This document shows positions 56,392 to 64,000 of a stretch of DNA of 64,000 nucleotides, one piece after another. Position 1 is the stretch's first letter. Each line of letters starts with the position of its first letter. Both the position numbers and the translations under genes were made by a program. The DNA is from Lentimicrobiaceae bacterium. Its GTDB lineage: Bacteria > Bacteroidota > Bacteroidia > Bacteroidales > UBA4417. Where the stretch lies: contig JBGSUB010000033.1 in assembly GCA_041753535.1 (NCBI GenBank), positions 531-64,530 on the forward strand, given 5' to 3'. The notes under the pieces were generated by a model, which was given only the letters and a program-made list of their open reading frames with translations, did not search any database and had not been told where the DNA came from.

Positions 56392-59300
56392 TTACTCCTG
56401 ATCGAAAGGGTCAAGTTTCAGAGCAGTTTGCCCATCGTCCTTGATATGTGCTTTGATGTATTGTGAAGGCGTAACCTCAAACTCATCTTTAAAACACATC
56501 CTGAAATATTGCAGATCACTAAATCCGACTTCGTATGTAACCTGTGCTATATTGAGATCGCCTCGCAGAAGCATCTCGGCAGCTTTATGAAGTCTTATTT
56601 TACGGATCAGTTCATTGGCTGAATACCCGACGGTGGCTTTCAGTTTTCGATATAGCTGCATGCGGCTGGTTCCCAGATCGCGGCAAAGGTCGGCTACATC
56701 ATATTCGGGTTCTGTTATGTTTTGCTCGATAATCTTTTTAATCCTGGCAATATATTCGGCTGAAGGATTTATTTCGGCTTCATGGCTTTTTTCGGGTGTT
56801 ACCAGGAAATCTTTCATGTATTTTTCCTTAAGCATATATCTCGATCCGATTAATTTTTCGATGCGTACCAGAAGATGTTCTGCTTCAAATGGTTTGGGAA
56901 TGTATGAATCGGCGCCATGTTTCAATCCTTTGATCCTATCCTCCGAGGTCGGAAGTGCAGTCAGCAGTATGACAGGGATATGGTTGGTAAGATTCGTGGT
57001 TTTTATCTTTTCGCATAGTTTGTTTCCATCCATACCCGGCATAAGAATATCGCTGATAATCAAATCCGGAACTAGTTCACTTGCTTTATTCCATCCCTCC
57101 AGGCCATCAGAAGCTTCTACAATTTTATATTCCGGCACAAGAATGTCTTTCAGCAGGTTACGTACATCTGTATTATCATCAATAACAAGTATGATTTTCT
57201 CATCGCCTTTCCTGCTGTTTTTCTCCGGCAATATACCAGTTTCAGGCAAGGCTTTGTTTATAAGGATAATATCTGACTTGGTTTTAGTCTGAACATGTCC
57301 TGCAGTGGAATTAGCAATGCATGGAATATAAACTGTTACGGTCGTTCCTTTGTTATTTTCGCTCTCCACTTCAATAAAACCATGATGCAACTCAACCAGA
57401 GATTTGGTAAATAAAAGTCCGATTCCGTAACTTGTTGAATTCGATTCTGTTAAATCCTGGGTAATACTCTTCTGGAATTTACTGAAAATATCCCTTACCT
57501 GTGACCTGGTCATTCCTACACCTGTATCTCTGACTCTGAAAGCAAGATATTCACTTGCTTCTTTTGTCCTGTAATTAAACTGGAACACTGATTTTTGCCT
57601 GAAAGCTTTTGTCACCATTCCTATTTCACATTCAACGCTGCCATTCTTATTGGTGTATTTAAAAGCATTCGAAAGCAGGTTATAAACAACAGATTCTAAT
57701 CTCACAGGGTCGCCTTCGATCAACGTTTCGCGTTCAACTTTATCGGTATATTTAAAATCGAGTCCTTTGGTTGAGAACAGATCGGCAAAGCTTTCGCACG
57801 ATTGCCTGAAAAACACGGAAGCGTCAATATTTTCGCGCCTGAGCCGGATTTCTTCTTTTTCAATCTTGCGCAGGTCCATCAGGTCAGTAATAAGCCTTAG
57901 CAATATTTTGGCATTCCGGTCAATTTTTTCATAAAAATCGGAACGCTTTTCAGCGTCATCATTCATCCTTAGCCGGCCGATCAAACCCATTATCAGCGTT
58001 AATGGAGTGCGGAATTCATGAGATATATTAGTATAGAAACGCATGCGCATATCATACATTTCAATCTCCTGTTCCTGCTCCAATTGACGGATTCGGAGGC
58101 GATGACGGTATGTGATAAGGCGGTATGAAAAATAAACCAATGCAAGGAATAACAGGAAGTAAACAATATAAGCGTAACCTGAGTACCACCACGGTGGCAG
58201 TATTCTGATTTCGAGAGTAGTAATATCGTTATTCCATATACCATCGCTGTTCGAACATTTCACCTTCAGGGTATATTTCCCGTATTTCAAACGCGGATAG
58301 TAGCATTCGGGAGTAGTTGTATAAATCCAGTTTTTATCGATACCTTCAAGTTGGTAGGCATAAGATATTTTCTCAGGAACACTGAAATCCATACCGGAGA
58401 ATGTAAACGATAAGGTATTCTGAAAGTATCTTAACTTTAATGTTTTTGTATTCCAGGCCGAATTTTCAAGAAGAATCCTTCCGTCGTATTCCCTTCCGGC
58501 GAGCAGGATATCGTTAAACAATCCTATTTGTGTGATAATGATTGAAGGTGTTGATTTTGAATCTGTTATCATCAACGGATTAAAGTAACAGATTCCATCT
58601 TTTCCGCCGAAATATAAAATTCCATTGTCCTGCTTCAATACACAGCTGGTATTGAAAAGCGAAATCTCCAGCCCGTCATAATGGTTGTAATTACGAATCT
58701 GGTCGGGGATACCATTTTTAAGTATCATTTTAACAAGCCCGTTTTCGGCAGCAGCCCAGATTTCATTTGACGATACAGATGTAATAGATTGAAATACTGT
58801 GTTTTGCAAGCCTTCTTGTACTCCTATATTAATAAACTTCTGGTCCGATTCCTTTAAAATGGAGATGCCAGATTCGGTAGTAATCCAAAGACTATTGTCA
58901 AGGGTAATGATAAAATCAGAAATAAAATTGTTGCAGATACTTGTCGGATCAGCAGGGTTGTTTGTGAGTATGTCCATTTTAACGATGGAATCACGCGTGC
59001 TGTTGGTTTCAATTACAATAAGTCCTCTTCCACGTGTACCAAGGTAATACCTGTTAGGCCCGGCTTCGGTTATTTTTACGATCGGATAGCTTTTTAGCTC
59101 CCCGGCTAATCGGCCTTTTAGTTGACTGAATGACTTTAATTCTTCCGAATAATAAATCAACCCGTTTGACCAGCTGCCGCCCCACATAATTCCTTTACTG
59201 TCGCGGTACAATGTCATTATATGGTTATCAGGAAACCCATTGGCTTCGTTAAAATAATCAACTGAAGTTGCCAGCAGGTTATTGCCTGAAACATTATATT

Positions 59301-60624
59301 TTTTCACATGTATTAATCCGATTGCCTTGGTGCTGAACCAGATATCTCCATTAAAACCGACTTCAATGCTATAAATATCATTTCCAAAAGGATTGATTTT
59401 ACCTGTTGAGTTTACAATTAGTTTGCGTTCGGCTATAGGCTCTCCACTGCTGCCAAGTTCAACCAGGTAAATTCCTTTACGGCTTGTGCCTACCCAAAAT
59501 GAATTTTTCCCGGCCTTCGCAACAGAAATAATTTCGGATCGGGTAATGCCCACTATGTGTGTGTTAAATGGCTTATGATTAGGATCGTATTTAAACAACC
59601 CATTATTGGTGCCAACCCAAATAATACCTTGCCGGTCTTCGAGCAAGGAACCAACATGGAAGGATTTTGTCTCTTTGCTTGCCCTGAACGATGGCCGCGA
59701 AACAAGTGTTCCGGATTTAATATCGAATACGATCAACCCATCATATGTTCCAATCCAAAACTGGTCTGGTTGTGACTTTAACGTTAGTGAAATGTCGGAT
59801 TCACCGCGTTCGTTCATAATAAACGAAATCAGCGGATTGTTATTAAGAGCCTTAAGTTCACCGTTAATTTCTTCAAAAATATCAGTGCCATTCAGACTGG
59901 AAACGGCAATCCATCCATTTGCCATTTCCAGGATTTTGTGGATGTAAAGACCTTTTAACTGGTTTGTGTTCACCAGTTTCTTTAGTATAGGATCGTAACG
60001 TAACAATCCCCGATCCGATCCAACCCATAAATTGTCCTTTGAATCCTCGAAAGCCATGGTTAACCTGAAGTTGTTGCTGTTTTCAGCATAAACAAGCGTT
60101 AATGGATCAAACTTTTGTTTTCCGGTGTCATAAATAAAAACTCCGTTATAGGATGCAACCAGCACCTTCCCGTTGGAACCACCTGAAATATTGATAATGT
60201 TCCCGGTTTTAGTATGATTGATAGACTCAAAGGAATTAACCTGCTGATTTTTGGGATTATAAACAAAGAGACCTTCACTGTAAGTGCCAATCCACAACTT
60301 CCCTTCATTATCCATGAAGAGTGCTGAAATCTTCCTTCCTATTTTATTGCTGAGTTGTTGTGAATAGTTGATCACCTTACGCCCATCGTACCGGTATAAT
60401 CCTTTCCAGGTTCCTATCCATAAAAAACCTGCACTATCCTGTGCTATACAGTTTATGTCAATTTCGGGCAGCTCCCCCGACTTTATAGCACGCACAAGTT
60501 CAATCTGCTGATCCTGGGCTACCAGGGCAAAACTGCATAGAGTAAAAGCAAAAAGCAATATTGTCCGGATAATTCTTCCGGACATTATTGTTCGGGAAAC
60601 TAACCCTTGTTTAGTTTTGAACAT
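56392..60624 (-). CDS. Hybrid two-component system regulator (beta-propeller, Y_Y_Y, HisKA, HATPase, REC, AraC)
   Basis: QDS.GFLWIGT repeats, YAYQLEGID..W, ILPPWW, NISHEFRTPLTLI, NLLSNAFKYT, PDLIISDILMPGMDG, SRMQLYRKLK, VGFSD..YF..CFK.EF. Confidence 0.96.
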   Translation of the reverse strand: MFKTKQGLVSRTIMSGRIIRTILLFAFTLCSFALVAQDQQIELVRAIKSGELPEIDINCIAQDSAGFLWIGTWKGLYRYDGRKVINYSQQLSNKIGRKISALFMDNEGKLWIGTYSEGLFVYNPKNQQVNSFESINHTKTGNIINISGGSNGKVLVASYNGVFIYDTGKQKFDPLTLVYAENSNNFRLTMAFEDSKDNLWVGSDRGLLRYDPILKKLVNTNQLKGLYIHKILEMANGWIAVSSLNGTDIFEEINGELKALNNNPLISFIMNERGESDISLTLKSQPDQFWIGTYDGLIVFDIKSGTLVSRPSFRASKETKSFHVGSLLEDRQGIIWVGTNNGLFKYDPNHKPFNTHIVGITRSEIISVAKAGKNSFWVGTSRKGIYLVELGSSGEPIAERKLIVNSTGKINPFGNDIYSIEVGFNGDIWFSTKAIGLIHVKKYNVSGNNLLATSVDYFNEANGFPDNHIMTLYRDSKGIMWGGSWSNGLIYYSEELKSFSQLKGRLAGELKSYPIVKITEAGPNRYYLGTRGRGLIVIETNSTRDSIVKMDILTNNPADPTSICNNFISDFIITLDNSLWITTESGISILKESDQKFINIGVQEGLQNTVFQSITSVSSNEIWAAAENGLVKMILKNGIPDQIRNYNHYDGLEISLFNTSCVLKQDNGILYFGGKDGICYFNPLMITDSKSTPSIIITQIGLFNDILLAGREYDGRILLENSAWNTKTLKLRYFQNTLSFTFSGMDFSVPEKISYAYQLEGIDKNWIYTTTPECYYPRLKYGKYTLKVKCSNSDGIWNNDITTLEIRILPPWWYSGYAYIVYFLLFLALVYFSYRLITYRHRLRIRQLEQEQEIEMYDMRMRFYTNISHEFRTPLTLIMGLIGRLRMNDDAEKRSDFYEKIDRNAKILLRLITDLMDLRKIEKEEIRLRRENIDASVFFRQSCESFADLFSTKGLDFKYTDKVERETLIEGDPVRLESVVYNLLSNAFKYTNKNGSVECEIGMVTKAFRQKSVFQFNYRTKEASEYLAFRVRDTGVGMTRSQVRDIFSKFQKSITQDLTESNSTSYGIGLLFTKSLVELHHGFIEVESENNKGTTVTVYIPCIANSTAGHVQTKTKSDIILINKALPETGILPEKNSRKGDEKIILVIDDNTDVRNLLKDILVPEYKIVEASDGLEGWNKASELVPDLIISDILMPGMDGNKLCEKIKTTNLTNHIPVILLTALPTSEDRIKGLKHGADSYIPKPFEAEHLLVRIEKLIGSRYMLKEKYMKDFLVTPEKSHEAEINPSAEYIARIKKIIEQNITEPEYDVADLCRDLGTSRMQLYRKLKATVGYSANELIRKIRLHKAAEMLLRGDLNIAQVTYEVGFSDLQYFRMCFKDEFEVTPSQYIKAHIKDDGQTALKLDPFDQE

Positions 60625-60854
60625 TTAATTACCCACATTATTTTGAGGCGACTAAGATAATACTCAATTGGTTACCAAAATGCAATTTTACAAGAAATGT
60701 GCTACCTTTTATCCGGAATCTATGACCCTTAATTATAAATTAACACACTGTTTATCAGCTACTAAGATACAGACTGAAATAAGTGTCATTGCTTTTTGAT
60801 TCAAAAAGCATTGCCTGTGATAAAAGCATTTCTGAATGCTGCCGATTATCCGGT

Positions 60855-60862
60855 TATATTTG
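60855..60862 (+). promoter_or_regulatory. -7 promoter element for the esterase gene
   Basis: TATATTTG, 140 nt upstream of ATG 61003. Confidence 0.45.
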
Positions 60863-61002
60863 CGTGGCTGCATGATAGGATACAAAAATACCTGGATTAA
60901 CCGAGTTTATTCAAATACAAAAACCCGGAACTGATATTTTTTATCCATGCATACTCTCCCTTTTGGGAAACACATTTAAAAATAACACCACTTAAACTTA
61001 CT

Positions 61003-62145
61003 ATGCAAAAATCAAACTTTCGCGAGATGCTAAAAAAGTACGTTCTTATTTGGGCGGCATTAAGCATCAACACTTTTGTTACTGCTCAGGTACTTACATT
61101 CCCTGCAACGGATGTTTCTATCTCGTTCCAGGGAAGGACTGTTTTGGACAGAAGTGGTAATATTGAATTAATTAGTTCTGCTTCCTTTGTCGGGTTCCTC
61201 TTTGAAGGCGATTCGTGTACTGTTTTACTTCAAAATATAGCTACTCCCGGAAATTATAATTACGTGGCATTGGAAATTGATGGTGAATATTCCGGCAGGC
61301 TCAAAGTTGATGGTAACGAAATGCGAAATTTTAGTATTACATCACAAAAAAAACTGTCTCCCTGGCATACATTGCGAATATACAAAGCAACTGAAGCTGC
61401 AAATGGCATTGTCCTGTTTCATGGCGTTAAAGCTCAAAAGTTAAAACAACTGGAGGTGAAAAATACCACAAAAATAGAATTCATAGGTAACAGCATAACC
61501 TGCGGAATGGGGAATGACATGCAACTGATACCTTGTGGCAGCGATAAATGGTATGATCAGCATAATGCTTATTGGAGTTATGCATCCATCACCGCAAGGG
61601 CAATAGGAGCCGATTATATGTTAAGTTCAATCAGCGGTGCAGGCATTTACAGGAACTGGAACAGTGATGGGCCAACAGTTCCGCAGCAATATGAATCGGC
61701 CTATTTAATTACTGACAGCCTGCGGAAATGGGATTTCAAAACCTTTATTCCTGATATCGTATTGGTTGCGCTCGGAACAAACGATCTCAGCAATGGTGAT
61801 GGAACAAAACAAAGACTGCCGTTTAATTCAGCAAATTTTATCAGTGAATACATTAAGTTTATTGGCACTGTTTATAAAAATTATCCCGAAGCAAAAATTA
61901 TTCTGCTCACAAGTCCAATGATTGAAGATAAAAGATCAGAAATGCTGCTAACATGTCTTCAAACAGTAAAAACAGAGTCTAATAAGCAATTCCCCGGCAG
62001 CAAAGAAATTGAAATTTTCAGATTTACCACAGTTCCATCAACCGGATGTTCGGGTCATCCCACCATCGAAGAGCATAAAATGATGGCAGCTCAGTTGACG
62101 TCTTATTTGAAGAATTTAATAGCTGGATTAAAAAAGACAGAATAG
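61003..62145 (+). CDS. CE2-type SGNH acetyl esterase
   Basis: IYKATEA, KIEFIGNSITCG.G, SY....AR...A, S.SG.GI.RNW, PD.V...LGTND, GCSGHP. Confidence 0.85.
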   Translation: MQKSNFREMLKKYVLIWAALSINTFVTAQVLTFPATDVSISFQGRTVLDRSGNIELISSASFVGFLFEGDSCTVLLQNIATPGNYNYVALEIDGEYSGRLKVDGNEMRNFSITSQKKLSPWHTLRIYKATEAANGIVLFHGVKAQKLKQLEVKNTTKIEFIGNSITCGMGNDMQLIPCGSDKWYDQHNAYWSYASITARAIGADYMLSSISGAGIYRNWNSDGPTVPQQYESAYLITDSLRKWDFKTFIPDIVLVALGTNDLSNGDGTKQRLPFNSANFISEYIKFIGTVYKNYPEAKIILLTSPMIEDKRSEMLLTCLQTVKTESNKQFPGSKEIEIFRFTTVPSTGCSGHPTIEEHKMMAAQLTSYLKNLIAGLKKTE

Positions 62146-62318
62146 TTTACAAATTCTTACTAACTAACATTTACAAAAGGATGGATTTAAATTTAATTTA
62201 AGCTTTTACATTTTAGTAAGATGGTATTGGATCACGAACAAAAACTGGCAGAACAGAAATATAAAGGACAATATTGCCTAACGAAGCTGTAGATATTGAC
62301 TTTTGTAAATCAAAATAA

Positions 62319-64000
62319 TTACATCACAATAATTTTCTTAATCCATACTCCCCTTCTGCTGCTAAGTTTTACCATATACATCCCGTCAGGAAGACCTCCG
62401 ATTCCGACTTCGGTTTTTGCATCAGTAAGCTGCAAAGTTTTTACAGATTTTCCCTGCATATTTATAATAACGAGAAAGTTAGCATCATCCAGCTTTTTGA
62501 GTTCTACCGTGAATTTTTCATGGGCAGGAACAGGATAGAGGCTGAATTCCGGCGTATTTTCGGTTTTACTGAAACCCAGCGGGAAATGCAACTCAAACGA
62601 ATAGGCACTTTCGTGACCGTTGAGCATATTTTCATTCAACCAGCTTATGGTATTCTTTCCGGGAACGTAATCATTGTCATAAGCTGTTACGGCAATAGTA
62701 TCACCCACAGAAGCGCCTTCAATTGTATAGCTGGTATTCAGCCCGGCATTTGCCATATGTTCGAAGGTATAGCCGGAGTATTTTCCCCAATATACATTAT
62801 ACCCTTTGATATCCGCTTCGGGATTAGGCAACCAACTGATTTTTATACTGTTGTTTCCCATATCGGTTTTTATAACACTGGCTGGGGGCAAAACAGGATT
62901 TGATGCATTTGGGGCAAGAAGAATACTGTCGTAAACGGTAATTCCAAGGTTGGCATCATCAAAGAAATCGAGAATAGCTTCGCTTAGTTCTTCCGGAGTT
63001 TCAAGGCCCCAGTAATTATTATTTATATCAAGGTAAGGCTGATAAGCAGGGCTATTTTTGTTCTTCAGAATATGGGCAGCATTATTTCTATAGAAACTGT
63101 TATTATTGAGCTTGATTGCTCCCGCAAGAAGAGTCAATTCGTTTCCCGTTGTCATGTTCTGAGTGACAATATTATCGGTTACATCAACCGGGTATCCGTC
63201 TGAAGAGTAAATAGATAATAGTTCTCTGTTAACGTAATTATTAATGAAAACATTATTTGCTACTTTGGTATAATGAATGCAGCAGGACCAGGTCATATCT
63301 ATTGCCTGGAACCGTAAATTATTGGTAATTATATTATTATTGATCAGTAATGTATCTTCAAATTCATTATAAAAATATCCTATCCTTAACAGATAACGAT
63401 CCCCATCAGCCACATTATCGGTGAATATATTCGATGATATTTTGCATTCACCATAACTTTCTTTATAAAGCAAGTTATATTCGTTGTGGTGACAAAGGTT
63501 GTTCGAAAAATTTAATGCGCCAACAATCAAGACCAGTGCGTCAGCAAGGAAGATTTGAGGATGAAGCGAATCGGGGGCAGCTAATCCATTGTATGCAAAT
63601 TCATTATTAGTTACAGTTGCTGAATTCTGAAACGGATACTGCCACTCCATTTCCAGAACATTTGAATTATTGTAAAATGTATTGCTATCCAGAACCAGGT
63701 AACCATTTCCATATATCCCACGCACATTATCATAAAAAGTACTGTTGCTGATTGATAGTTTACAATACAAGGCCGACATAAATATGCCTGTCCAGCATTG
63801 TGAATAGGAATTATTTTTCAGACTATAATTTGGCTGATCCTGTCCTGCAGAGTTAACACCTATTCCGTAACCTGTTGATCTTCGTATGTTTGTGTGCTGA
63901 ATAAAGGGGTAAGCATCGCTTAAGTTTATCATCGGAACAAAATCACCGGCTATACTACCGCCATATTCAACGGCGCAGAATTCCAATATACTTCCGCCTG
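62319..64000 (-). CDS. T9SS-secreted protein with parallel beta-helix and FN3-like domains (5' end outside the window)
   Basis: Frame stays open past 63986 (...GGSILEFCAVEYGG); Asn-rich beta-helix repeats, NNYWG, W.PNPE.DI.GY.VYW; CTD LYPVPA...DGMYMV...KKIIV. Confidence 0.85.
   Translation of the reverse strand, partial: GGSILEFCAVEYGGSIAGDFVPMINLSDAYPFIQHTNIRRSTGYGIGVNSAGQDQPNYSLKNNSYSQCWTGIFMSALYCKLSISNSTFYDNVRGIYGNGYLVLDSNTFYNNSNVLEMEWQYPFQNSATVTNNEFAYNGLAAPDSLHPQIFLADALVLIVGALNFSNNLCHHNEYNLLYKESYGECKISSNIFTDNVADGDRYLLRIGYFYNEFEDTLLINNNIITNNLRFQAIDMTWSCCIHYTKVANNVFINNYVNRELLSIYSSDGYPVDVTDNIVTQNMTTGNELTLLAGAIKLNNNSFYRNNAAHILKNKNSPAYQPYLDINNNYWGLETPEELSEAILDFFDDANLGITVYDSILLAPNASNPVLPPASVIKTDMGNNSIKISWLPNPEADIKGYNVYWGKYSGYTFEHMANAGLNTSYTIEGASVGDTIAVTAYDNDYVPGKNTISWLNENMLNGHESAYSFELHFPLGFSKTENTPEFSLYPVPAHEKFTVELKKLDDANFLVIINMQGKSVKTLQLTDAKTEVGIGGLPDGMYMVKLSSRRGVWIKKIIVM

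Noticed and set aside
56615-57292. 225-aa antisense ORF within the HTCS, and similar antisense ORFs in other large genes
   Set aside because: These are codon-mirror shadows of well-conserved genes with no independent motifs.

Overview
Bacteroidota DNA, probably an environmental Bacteroidales (inferred from TAnnTTTG promoters, SusC/SusD pairs and T9SS C-terminal domains). From left to right: (1) the 5' part of a large repeat-containing choice-of-anchor-L surface protein; (2) tRNA-Arg(CCG), followed by a ~12 kb variable region. That region holds gene fragments (DUF4349, a T9SS tail, SRPBCC, a probable type IIG restriction-modification remnant) around an apparently intact cassette of sensor kinase, FixJ-type regulator, stand-alone receiver, Cys-type arylsulfatase, DcaP-like porin, two small beta-barrels and two exported proteins; (3) the Bacteroides fragilis-type mannan catabolic operon (GH130 phosphorylase, GPH symporter, cellobiose 2-epimerase, GH26); (4) an ECF-sigma/FecR/SusC/SusD locus with no CAZymes but two amide-hydrolase-type genes and a PKD lipoprotein; (5) a ~29 kb HTCS-linked beta-mannan PUL (SusC, SusD, surface glycan-binding protein, two T9SS GH26, GH5, GH2, CBM6-like protein, two unclassified clan GH-A enzymes, aldo-keto reductase, GlcG-like protein, a divergent AT-rich AGE-family lipoprotein, flanking CE2); (6) the 3' part of a T9SS beta-helix protein. 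No CRISPR array, rRNA, integrase or transposase was seen. Family calls come from motif recognition by eye, not database searches.
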